64,000 nt of DNA from a virus (lineage: Duplodnaviria > Heunggongvirae > Uroviricota > Caudoviricetes). The stretch is taken from the IMG/VR virus record IMGVR_UViG_3300028454_000679. One strand, given 5' to 3'. The translations under genes were made by a program, and so were the position numbers. Of the stretch, positions 55,972 through 64,000 are shown piece by piece (positions within the stretch are counted from its first letter, which is position 1; each line of letters starts with the position of its first letter). Under the pieces are notes generated by a model. The model worked only from the letters and a program-made list of their open reading frames with translations, was not told the DNA's origin and did no database searches.

Positions 55972-56035
55972 TCTATGCAGTTACAACTCACTTCTCCATT
56001 CCTATTCCTGATGTAACTGTTATGGTGACTAATGT
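55972..56035. repeat. intergenic repeat copy 2 (see 53567..53630)
   Basis: Lies ~115 bp upstream (minus strand) of the thyA start, as copy 1 lies ~120 bp upstream of gene 52606..53448. Confidence 0.45.
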
Positions 56036-56188
56036 TTTTCTTGTTTCTTCATCCTCTATTGCCAATTGATTACAATTACACTCAATATTATAGTCACTGC
56101 CATACTTCTTGACTATAGCATCGGTGATGACATCTCTTACGTCTGTTGCATTCATATTATTTACTCTCTCCTTTCTGCATCTGAACAA
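55988..56188 (-). CDS. hypothetical small protein (3' end overlaps repeat copy 2; doubtful)
   Basis: 66-aa ORF. Confidence 0.2.
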   Translation of the reverse strand: MFRCRKERVNNMNATDVRDVITDAIVKKYGSDYNIECNCNQLAIEDEETRKTLVTITVTSGIGMEK

Positions 56189-56481
56189 TAGTCATTTTCG
56201 TTTGTCATATGACCACAATGGCAAGGATGCACACAAACAGGTGTTTCAGTCTCCTCTGTAAAATAATGTTTGCAATCCTTGCAAAAGACGATTTCAGCTA
56301 TTGGACAATTTTTCATATCCATGTCTGTAAATGAATCTTTACAGGCACTCATTTTAAAACAATTCCACCTTTCATCCTTTTGCAGTCGACACGTACACGC
56401 TGTACGGTTGGGGTCTGGTACTGCAAACACTTTACATGTGAAGCATGATGTTGGCATTTCCATGCCCTTAATCGCTATCAT
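56161..56481 (-). CDS. Cys/His-rich zinc-finger-like hypothetical protein
   Basis: Multiple CxxC / HxC pairs (CFTCKV, CTC, CKDC, CHCGH). Confidence 0.3.
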   Translation of the reverse strand: MIAIKGMEMPTSCFTCKVFAVPDPNRTACTCRLQKDERWNCFKMSACKDSFTDMDMKNCPIAEIVFCKDCKHYFTEETETPVCVHPCHCGHMTNENDYCSDAERRE

Positions 56482-56502
56482 TTTCCAATCTCACTTTCTT
56501 CC

Positions 56503-56763
56503 TTATTTGTTATACCAAGCCACATAAGGGTATTTCTCTATAAAACCTTCAATACCCATGATTTTTACTTTATCTTTAATAAACGTGAATATACTTTCTT
56601 CAAATCCGTCTATCATGAAATCAGTTCCATCATGAATATATCCAACTCCATCATATGGCGTAATGCATCCAGACTCTACATAATCTAAAAACTCTGATGT
56701 GGGCAGTAAGCACTCTTTTTCCCAATCACTTATTCCATCTTGTACTTCTTCAAAAGTTTTCAT
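56503..56763 (-). CDS. hypothetical protein
   Basis: 86-aa ORF. Confidence 0.3.
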   Translation of the reverse strand: MKTFEEVQDGISDWEKECLLPTSEFLDYVESGCITPYDGVGYIHDGTDFMIDGFEESIFTFIKDKVKIMGIEGFIEKYPYVAWYNK

Positions 56764-57305
56764 TCCTTATCACGCCTTTCCACACTGTACTGGTCAAGAA
56801 TATGAAACAACTCTTCCCTTCCGCTCTCAATCTTTAGCGTACCATTCTGAATTGATTGAATTAACTCTTCTCTTATCTTGTTGAGAACAGGATCTTTCCT
56901 AATATTACTTGTTACCCTGTCGAAGCTGTCAATAATTCCATCTGCTTCTTCATTTGTTGGGAGAAAATCAAGCGTGGTATAAACATCGTGCATAAAATCT
57001 TCTCGTGCGTCATCTAAACTCCATGTTTCAGATTCCTGCTCCAATGCTTTAATTGCCTCACACATATTCTCTCCGACTATATGATTGTGGGACTTCTCAC
57101 CTTTATAGCCTAAATATGCGGCAATTGAATAAAGATATGACTTTGCTTCGTCTTTTGACATCCCCTCTTTGACTCTATCCTTACTTTCTACTTTACACCT
57201 ATCAGACACTGTTGTGCCTTCTGTTAATGCAGTGATGATGTAATTAGCAAAAGCAGGCTCGAACGCCTTATTTACTTCTTGCATTGCTTCCTCTTTTGTC
57301 ACCAT
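56760..57305 (-). CDS. hypothetical protein
   Basis: 181-aa ORF. Confidence 0.3.
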   Translation of the reverse strand: MVTKEEAMQEVNKAFEPAFANYIITALTEGTTVSDRCKVESKDRVKEGMSKDEAKSYLYSIAAYLGYKGEKSHNHIVGENMCEAIKALEQESETWSLDDAREDFMHDVYTTLDFLPTNEEADGIIDSFDRVTSNIRKDPVLNKIREELIQSIQNGTLKIESGREELFHILDQYSVERRDKE

Positions 57306-57654
57306 CTATCCCTCCTTCTGCTGCTTCAACAAGTTCGACGTAATCCTCAACCATATCCAGGATTTTATCGGCACATTCGATAGAGATGTCGCCGTACACT
57401 CTATCGATACCACCATAATGTAACGGTATCATTACTTACCCTCACGTTCTACTTCTGCCAATGCGCTTAAAATCCACTGTTGCTTAAACTTGGCTTTTAT
57501 CTGTTCTGCTGTCCTATTATGTCCGTCTACCCATAGAGGGCAATGGCGCATTAAGAGACACATTTCCATTGACGTACTGTCGCACTTGGCGCACACTTCG
57601 TTTCTTGTCATTCCGTTTTATTCTCCCCTCCTGTCATATACTTATCAATAATAG

Positions 57655-57924
57655 TTAATACCTCTTTTTAATTTCCCCAGGCGTTTTTAGCCATACATCA
57701 TTGCTATCATTCGTGCCATAACTGTTTACTGATTCTATCTCGGCTCTTACTTTGCTAAGAATAGGCTCTTTCTCATAATCCTCCTCATCATCTTTATAAA
57801 TCAGTACCCAGCCCTCTGATTCTTTGCTGGCATTTGTGATACTGACAATCTGGTCTGGTCTAATTCCTTCGTTAAGATATTTGACCAGCCCTCCGTACGT
57901 GTAAAATGTTTCACTTTTATACAT
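57655..57924 (-). CDS. hypothetical protein
   Basis: 89-aa ORF. Confidence 0.3.
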   Translation of the reverse strand: MYKSETFYTYGGLVKYLNEGIRPDQIVSITNASKESEGWVLIYKDDEEDYEKEPILSKVRAEIESVNSYGTNDSNDVWLKTPGEIKKRY

Positions 57925-57993
57925 TATAATTCTTTCACCTCGCTTGCTCTAGCGTCAATAATCTAATCAAGTACGGATTTGTCTTCGTTAACA

Positions 57994-58443
57994 TTAAGTG
58001 TATAGTACTTTACGAACTTTCCCGCACTTCTTGCAATATTTGAATGTGTCGGGGGTGTCAAAAACAGACCCATACTTTCCTGAAACTGTTTCGGTGCGAA
58101 CTGTAAACTGTTGCCATTCATGATTACATGGTAGCGATTCCTCAACAGCTTCTGGCTTGTACTTGTCAATAACGCCGAGACAGTAGTTTATACCTTTAAG
58201 ATACTCTGTTTTTCCACTAATTTCTTGCTCATATGCTCCTGTGTTCTCTATCTCGGCTCTTATTTTGCCAAGAATATCCTCTTGCTCTAACGCTTTGACT
58301 GCCGCCTTTAAAGACTTTATTGTATTTTGGTATTCATCACACAGTCCTGGATGTGCTGTTGCATTTATATTCTCTGCTTGCCATTCATACAATTCTATTT
58401 GATATCTTAAAGATTCAATTGCTTCTTCTCTTTCTTCTGTCAT
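57994..58443 (-). CDS. hypothetical protein with C-terminal zinc ribbon
   Basis: CNHEW...CKKCGKV. Confidence 0.3.
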   Translation of the reverse strand: MTEEREEAIESLRYQIELYEWQAENINATAHPGLCDEYQNTIKSLKAAVKALEQEDILGKIRAEIENTGAYEQEISGKTEYLKGINYCLGVIDKYKPEAVEESLPCNHEWQQFTVRTETVSGKYGSVFDTPDTFKYCKKCGKVRKVLYT

Positions 58444-58724
58444 ATGCTACTCTCCTAAATTATTTTCCTTTGGTTCCGAAAGTGTTTGAGGTCTTTATAA
58501 ACACACCACTCTTTGTATCTGGTTCTAGGATTATTGGTGTATCTATACAAACCTTAACTTCATCACCCTTTACATGCCGAACAAAAAGGCAGACTTACCA
58601 GTTTCACGTAATTCTCCATCATGTGCCATTATTTCTTCATACACAGCCTTTGGCATATTAAGTACTATCTGCATATTTTACCTCCGTTCCGACATGTATC
58701 TCTTCACTCCTGTATTTGCCTAAA

Positions 58725-59033
58725 TTATTCTCCTATCTGTTTCTTTATATCAGTCTTCAAATACTTTTTAGCGTCCTTAAAATCATCAAGGCGGTGCAAC
58801 CTTACACTAACAATATAGATAGCCTTTTTGTTAAATGGGTCTCCAATCTTTTCTATTATGGTGTTCGCAAGAAAGTTATCTCCGTCTTTTCGATATTTTT
58901 CTTCAATATCTATGGGCTTATCCCCGCCATTATAATAAATTTTATATCCATCTAATTTTGCCAATTGTGAGTATAGTTCGCTATTGTACTCTAGGAGTTT
59001 ACTCTGCATTTTGAATATTTTTTTCACGTTCAT
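58725..59033 (-). CDS. hypothetical protein
   Basis: 102-aa ORF. Confidence 0.3.
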   Translation of the reverse strand: MNVKKIFKMQSKLLEYNSELYSQLAKLDGYKIYYNGGDKPIDIEEKYRKDGDNFLANTIIEKIGDPFNKKAIYIVSVRLHRLDDFKDAKKYLKTDIKKQIGE

Positions 59034-59229
59034 CCTGACACTCTTTATTTACTTTTGGAACAGTGAATAAGAGAAATACAAATCCTATTAGCACCATCAG
59101 CAGCGTCACAACTATAGGCTTCCAGCATTTCTCTCCTTTGGTATACCCTAGAGCCATCATCACCAACATAAAGAATGCTGCGAGCGTGAAGGAAACACCG
59201 ACAATTACTAACATGTCTAATATGCTCAT
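58999..59229 (-). CDS. small membrane protein
   Basis: Two TM segments. Confidence 0.3.
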   Translation of the reverse strand: MSILDMLVIVGVSFTLAAFFMLVMMALGYTKGEKCWKPIVVTLLMVLIGFVFLLFTVPKVNKECQDEREKNIQNAE

Positions 59230-59476
59230 TACTTTACACTCCTTTAATTCTGAAAACTGTTTGAGGTCTTTACAAGCTCCTCACTCTCACCATCATCAGC
59301 TTTAACGTCTGCCATTAAATCTGACACATCCGCTATCCACACCCATTCTCCATCAGGGCACGCTTCACAAGTGTAACCGACCATACCACACACATGCTTA
59401 CTATTCCCAAGTGCACAAACTCATTTGCCTTTGAGATTCTTCTTGTCCATCATATCTATATCTCCTCTCTTAGTTA

Positions 59477-59761
59477 CTACTCATGTATTCCAAACTTCGC
59501 TCTCACATTTTTATCACCAGAGTAGAGTAACTTCCACCCATCCTTGTTAAAGTAGTGCTCATCATACTTATCACCTCCCTGAGTAAATACAAGGGTACAT
59601 TTGGTTTCATTATAGAATACACCATCCATATGAGATGCGTCCATTTCCCAGCCACTATCACTCATCATAGTAACATCAGCTGGAATATTATTTTCCTCTA
59701 AAATCTTAATAAACTTTCCTGTAGTCATTTTAACCTCTTCCTTTCCTATACTAATTGACAT
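59477..59761 (-). CDS. hypothetical protein
   Basis: 94-aa ORF. Confidence 0.3.
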   Translation of the reverse strand: MSISIGKEEVKMTTGKFIKILEENNIPADVTMMSDSGWEMDASHMDGVFYNETKCTLVFTQGGDKYDEHYFNKDGWKLLYSGDKNVRAKFGIHE

Positions 59762-60446
59762 ACTCCCAACTACCTGTAGTTAGGTCAATGCTAACAAAAC
59801 GTTGCTCACCCACTGGAGTACCATCGCGATGTGTAGAAAATGTATCAAGTGACAGTACAGAACCAAACTGTGTTGCTTTTGGTAAAGGAGAATGTCCAAC
59901 AACCTGAAGCAACCCTGGATACCAAGAACCTCGACCGTATTGTGGACGTGCCCAGATAGGTGAATCATCATTCCATAGCTCTGACACACTCATAGAGTTT
60001 ATACTATCAATTGCATCATCCAAACTAAAGTTACTTGGGTCAAAATACTTTCGAACAAACGACTCTGTTAGACCAGCGTGACTAAAAACAACCTCACCTA
60101 AACGTAGAACAAAGCCTTGATGGTCTGACGGTAAGAGTCTACGTAATTGCAATGACCTCTCCCTAACAGTGTCCTCTGCAGCTTTAGAATACCCCGATTC
60201 TAAGCATTTCCAAAGGTAACTCACATCATGATTACCATAGCACCAGTATACCTCAAATTGTCTAGCAAGTTTCTCAACTGCGTCAAAGGTCTCATTGTAT
60301 AACTGGACATTATATTGTTGATTAAAGTCATCAACAAGATCACCCAGAAGAACTACAACGTCGCAATCTGACCGTTCAAGTATCTTTGTAGCCTCTGTAA
60401 ACATCCATGGTTTTAAATGGACATCCGGGACAACTAATGCCTTCAT
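59751..60446 (-). CDS. calcineurin-like metallophosphoesterase
   Basis: VVPDVH, LLGDLVD and YGNHD are metallophosphoesterase motifs I-III. Confidence 0.65.
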   Translation of the reverse strand: MKALVVPDVHLKPWMFTEATKILERSDCDVVVLLGDLVDDFNQQYNVQLYNETFDAVEKLARQFEVYWCYGNHDVSYLWKCLESGYSKAAEDTVRERSLQLRRLLPSDHQGFVLRLGEVVFSHAGLTESFVRKYFDPSNFSLDDAIDSINSMSVSELWNDDSPIWARPQYGRGSWYPGLLQVVGHSPLPKATQFGSVLSLDTFSTHRDGTPVGEQRFVSIDLTTGSWEYVN

Positions 60447-60457
60447 ATCCGACCTCC

Positions 60458-60856
60458 TTAATACTTAAATTTTCTGTGATCTTTCCTACGCTGCTTTTGC
60501 ATCTCCAACCATACCTTACCATCTTCCAATCCACTTTGAGAAGGTATAACTTTACCATAGTAAGATAGTGGCGGTTTGAATAGTTTGTTTTGGATAAATT
60601 TCTTTGCTTGTAGATTGGATACACAAAAGTAAAAGATTTCACCCCTTTTGAACTCTATCTCAGTAAAGAGCTTAGTGTATGGGAGAAACTGTTCATGCTC
60701 ATTAAGTTTAACCACATAACCTTTAGGTTGTTTGTCAATTACATGGATTTCGTTAATACTAAATGTCTTATCTGTTTTAAATGTTGCTAAGTATAATGTC
60801 TTATGCATAAAGCGGTTCCTCACTTTTAGTAATATATTAATGTCATTAGAGATCAC
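60458..60856 (-). CDS. hypothetical protein
   Basis: 132-aa ORF. Confidence 0.3.
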   Translation of the reverse strand: MISNDINILLKVRNRFMHKTLYLATFKTDKTFSINEIHVIDKQPKGYVVKLNEHEQFLPYTKLFTEIEFKRGEIFYFCVSNLQAKKFIQNKLFKPPLSYYGKVIPSQSGLEDGKVWLEMQKQRRKDHRKFKY

Positions 60857-60966
60857 TGAGCACCAGTAGGCTCCCTAGGGAGCCTACTTGATCATCTGTA
60901 AAGTAATTAACAAGCTGCAACGCGCAAGCCACCAGTAGTGAAGTCAAAATCTACACACTGTAGATT

Positions 60967-61566
60967 TTACATAAAGTAACCTAATGTCGAGTCATAAAAG
61001 TATGGTATGTCAGACAGCACATCAGCTTGATTTAGCACAGTATGATTTACACTTTTAATCATACTTCCAAGCTGCTCTCTATCCTCATACTGATTGCCTA
61101 ACAGAACAATGCACTCATGTATAGAGCACGGTATAATAGTAATTGCACTATCGGTTATCTGTCTAGCAACTTCTGGGATAAACACAGTTGAGGCACCAAA
61201 ACGACCAGAAGCATTTGAGACCACTAAAGATGTCCTGTCATAGGAATTAACACAATCACTTCTTTCGAAGTCTTCAGGATTCATAAACTTTTCTAAAACA
61301 CGCCACATTGGCATACACTTGAATCCTTGCATTGTATTTCTCTTTGCAATCTCATAGAGTTCCTCTTCTGTTTTACCCCATTCTACAACTGGTTTCTTTA
61401 AATTGAATATCATATTGTGGCTATCACTTTCAAAAGTGACATAAAGTCCAAAGGCGAGGTTAGTGCCTTCAACTCTTTTACAGGAGTAACCATGCCCTTC
61501 TCGTCGCACTAGTAGATACAAGTTATCCCTTACAAAATTAAAATCAAACAGTAATTCTTTACCCAT
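60967..61566 (-). CDS. hypothetical protein
   Basis: 199-aa ORF. Confidence 0.3.
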   Translation of the reverse strand: MGKELLFDFNFVRDNLYLLVRREGHGYSCKRVEGTNLAFGLYVTFESDSHNMIFNLKKPVVEWGKTEEELYEIAKRNTMQGFKCMPMWRVLEKFMNPEDFERSDCVNSYDRTSLVVSNASGRFGASTVFIPEVARQITDSAITIIPCSIHECIVLLGNQYEDREQLGSMIKSVNHTVLNQADVLSDIPYFYDSTLGYFM

Positions 61567-61669
61567 CCAAATCCTCCTTTCGTTGACTCTCAGTATGATT
61601 CATTGGGATAAGAATTCTATACCACTCTACGTAGTATACATAAACTGTTATTACGCTGCTCACCACCTT

Positions 61670-61864
61670 TCATTTTAGATTACATTTGAAGTAAGCTTCT
61701 GCTGTTCTGTCTTGCATACTGCTTAGCAGTGAATTTATCTCGTCTAAGCATTTTGTTGCTGGTATAGTGGTATCAGCACATTGCTCAGAATCGAGGCTAT
61801 CAATATAGAACAGAACTGCTGTGTTGAGATTTCTTAATTCCTCAGCTAGCTGTTTACTTCCCAA
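61670..61864 (-). CDS. hypothetical small protein
   Basis: 64-aa ORF. Confidence 0.25.
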   Translation of the reverse strand: MGSKQLAEELRNLNTAVLFYIDSLDSEQCADTTIPATKCLDEINSLLSSMQDRTAEAYFKCNLK

Positions 61865-62035
61865 GTTCCTTACCTCCTTTCTGCATTTTGTTATAATAGG
61901 CTATTTTAAATAAACCTGTAGCCAAAGTTGGTAAAAGATGTATAAACGCAAAAAGGCTATGGGAGAAAATCCCATAGCCTTTACTAAACTCTGTAATTCT
62001 AAAACCATTGCACTCCAGTGCACTACTAAAGTGGC

Positions 62036-62419
62036 TTACTCAAGTCTAGTGTATGCAAGGTAATGCCCCTTTCCTACGGATACAGATAAACCACCTTTGG
62101 ACACTATAGCAAATCTATACAATCCACTATCATCACTCAAGGGATCCCCAAGAGCCTCTACACTTATCACTTTTCCACCTATACGTACAGTTGGGTCAGG
62201 ATTATCTGTAATAAACACAACTGTGCCAGGCTTTCCTGTGCTAAATGAAGTAAAGCCCTTATGGTTGGAGGCACCCTCTTTAGGTATTCCAACAACACTA
62301 GATGCTTTTGAACTATTGGCAGGCTCATATCTTATTGCCATTGCAGCAATGCAAATAAGGAAAGCCACAGCCACCATATAAATAGGATACTTCTTCATAA
62401 ACCCTCCTAAAATACACAT
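62036..62419 (-). CDS. small membrane-anchored secreted protein, tandem paralog a
   Basis: N-terminal TM, then FITDNPDP...SVEAL, which is shared with the adjacent gene. Confidence 0.35.
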   Translation of the reverse strand: MCILGGFMKKYPIYMVAVAFLICIAAMAIRYEPANSSKASSVVGIPKEGASNHKGFTSFSTGKPGTVVFITDNPDPTVRIGGKVISVEALGDPLSDDSGLYRFAIVSKGGLSVSVGKGHYLAYTRLE

Positions 62420-62793
62420 GTATATGAAAACTTTTTACCCATTCCAACGTAGATATCCAACCAGAACGTAAACTGTATAGTGTACCGATACAGCTTGTCC
62501 TTCCCTTTCAGAGAGTCCTTCAAGGCTTCTACACTTACAACATAGGGATTGCTGTCCAAGCTGTCTTGAAATAAGACGTATGGGTCAGGGTTACTGGTAA
62601 TAAAGGTTACGGTGTAAAGACCTTTAACTAATGGTCTGAATCTAACACCTGTACCTGCATTAGAAACACCTGCGTACGGCATACACACTAAACTCTCAGC
62701 TTTAGTTGTCTTAGGCTCTTGTAAATCTGCTATAAAATATGCAGCTGTAATAACAAAAGCAACTGTAACAATAAATCCTATGACTTTCTTCAT
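62407..62793 (-). CDS. small membrane-anchored secreted protein, tandem paralog b
   Basis: N-terminal TM, then FITSNPDP...SVEAL. Confidence 0.35.
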   Translation of the reverse strand: MKKVIGFIVTVAFVITAAYFIADLQEPKTTKAESLVCMPYAGVSNAGTGVRFRPLVKGLYTVTFITSNPDPYVLFQDSLDSNPYVVSVEALKDSLKGKDKLYRYTIQFTFWLDIYVGMGKKFSYTCVF

Positions 62794-63083
62794 TGTGAGT
62801 TCCTCTGTGACATAACTTCTTCAACACACTTAGCAGCTATACGTAAATGATAAACAAATTGCTGCGCCTGCTCACTTCGTGTTACATCCTTTAGAAACTT
62901 CTTCTCGTGCTGCTTAATAACCCGAAGTGTCTTTTGCATATCATCAACCGAGACAGCATTGAGAGAACAATCTAATGCTTTTGTACCTTCAACAAAATCG
63001 CTGGTATTGATCTTCTCGCACATAGGTGGTTCTTGGTTGAACTCCTTAGCGAGGTCCTTTATAATCTCCTCTTTATTTCTCAT
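62790..63083 (-). CDS. hypothetical protein
   Basis: 97-aa ORF. Confidence 0.3.
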   Translation of the reverse strand: MRNKEEIIKDLAKEFNQEPPMCEKINTSDFVEGTKALDCSLNAVSVDDMQKTLRVIKQHEKKFLKDVTRSEQAQQFVYHLRIAAKCVEEVMSQRNSQ

Positions 63084-63147
63084 TGCAATTCTCCTAATTC
63101 ATAAATTATATACAATACGAAACATTCTTCGCCTTAAAGCAAATCCG

Positions 63148-63411
63148 TCACACCTCCCGAAACGAAGCATCGAATACAACTGACTTCTCTGCAGAATCCA
63201 ATTTAGACTTCTCGGCATATTCTAAATCACAAAAGGTCTCCTCTTTCATAAACTGCTTGATAAATCCAACAGGGTTGATTGGCATCTGTGACTCTTTGAT
63301 ATACCCTTTCTGATTCAACTGTTCCCAGTACCCCTGCAGTAGGAAGTAAAGATTTTGTTCAATAACCCACTGTTCAGAACCATACTCTTTGAATACGTCT
63401 TTATTTAACAT
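63148..63411 (-). CDS. hypothetical protein (first gene of the minus-strand array)
   Basis: 87-aa ORF. Confidence 0.3.
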   Translation of the reverse strand: MLNKDVFKEYGSEQWVIEQNLYFLLQGYWEQLNQKGYIKESQMPINPVGFIKQFMKEETFCDLEYAEKSKLDSAEKSVVFDASFREV

Positions 63412-63516
63412 AATACATTCTCCTTTCGAAGTTTAATAAAGTTGTATCCTTGACAAGCCCGACGTAGCCCAGTTGTTCATGCTAACCCTATACAGTGATT
63501 CAAATTTGCTGAAGTA

Positions 63517-63545
63517 TTGACAAATTACTCCAATTGTATTATAAT
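63517..63545 (+). promoter_or_regulatory. consensus sigma70/sigmaA-type promoter at the strand switch
   Basis: TTGACA (63517-63522), 17-bp spacer, TATAAT (63540-63545), and a second TATAAT at 63564-63569. Followed by RBS GGAGGA and an ATG. Confidence 0.55.
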
Positions 63546-63584
63546 ACATGGTGGGTTAAATAATATAATGTATTGGAGGAACAA

Positions 63585-64000
63585 ATGATGGGAACCTATA
63601 GTTACAATGATGCAAAATGCAAAACATTAAATGCGAAAGAACTATTTAAAGGTCTGAATGAGAGTGTTACTCAATTATGTCGGTTCATCAATGCATGCAA
63701 GGAAGACGAAAGAACTGCGAAGGATATGGCAGCTAATATCCCCCTGCATGAAGAACTATTAGAACTCTATTCAGAGAAAGAAATCAGTAATTTAGATAAA
63801 CTAAATAATGCAGTTAAAGAGGAAATGAGCACAATAGAGGAGTCTGCAGAATTGCTAAAATCTCCTAATTTAACTGATGATTTAGAAAATCTCAAAGAAC
63901 GTGCTGAGATTGTATGTGGTGTTTATTCAACCATAGTGTTTTATGATTTTAAACTTGCCGCACTTCTTAATGGTGAACTTGTGACCTTACCGGGCAATCC
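63585..64000 (+). CDS. hypothetical protein (5' part; continues beyond the window)
   Basis: Open frame from ATG 63585/63588 to the window end, with an RBS and promoter upstream. Confidence 0.4.
   Translation, partial: MMGTYSYNDAKCKTLNAKELFKGLNESVTQLCRFINACKEDERTAKDMAANIPLHEELLELYSEKEISNLDKLNNAVKEEMSTIEESAELLKSPNLTDDLENLKERAEIVCGVYSTIVFYDFKLAALLNGELVTLPGN

Noticed and set aside
1-64000. Stop-codon reassignment (as in crAss-like or Lak megaphages) suggested by the suppressor-like tRNAs
   Set aside because: Long uninterrupted ORFs with correct motif order are obtained under the standard code, and the tRNAs have sense anticodons (TGA-Ser, CAT-Met, TTG-Gln). There is no evidence for recoding.
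1-64000. CRISPR array, integrase/attachment site, or capsid/terminase genes
   Set aside because: No regularly spaced direct repeats with unique spacers. No tyrosine or serine recombinase motif seen. No capsid, portal or terminase signatures in this window. The element type (phage versus plasmid) therefore cannot be settled here.

Overview
AT-rich (~40% GC), densely packed window. About 95% of genes are co-directional on the minus strand, with a small plus-strand island (11.1-13.9 kb) and a strand switch at ~63.5 kb. Gene content looks like a large phage, phage-plasmid or megaplasmid of a low-GC Gram-positive (Firmicutes-like) host. It includes thyA (frameshifted), guanylate kinase, a HAD phosphatase, a calcineurin-like phosphoesterase, three canonical tRNAs, a cell-wall hydrolase and many short unannotatable ORFs. 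No capsid, terminase or integrase gene falls in this window, so the element type stays open. The plus-strand island is a plasmid-type maintenance module: ParA, a ribbon-helix-helix ParG-like protein and a Rep_3-like initiator, with centromere-like repeats and iterons. The main finds are listed below. (1) A radical SAM/SPASM maturase sits among four extremely Cys-rich, partly signal-peptide-bearing precursor-like proteins that share a conserved C-terminal motif. (2) A complete TatA/TatB/TatC translocase lies next to a small protein with an RK twin-arginine-like signal, near signal peptidase I, a trigger-factor-like PPIase and a flotillin. (3) Four tRNA-like genes (52-69 nt) lack a functional anticodon loop; two retain only a 3-nt loop equal to a Thr anticodon. 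They lie beside canonical tRNA-Ser/Met/Gln, and every tRNA or tRNA-like gene is preceded by a perfect hairpin. (4) A MoxR AAA+ / VWA-metallopeptidase pair is interleaved with four tandem DUF285/BspA-like paralogs that share an N-terminal module. (5) Signalling genes (HD-GYP, YcgR/PilZ, a methyl-accepting chemotaxis protein) and a bacterial PARG-like macrodomain are present. Every functional call rests on motifs read by eye from the translations; no database search was run.
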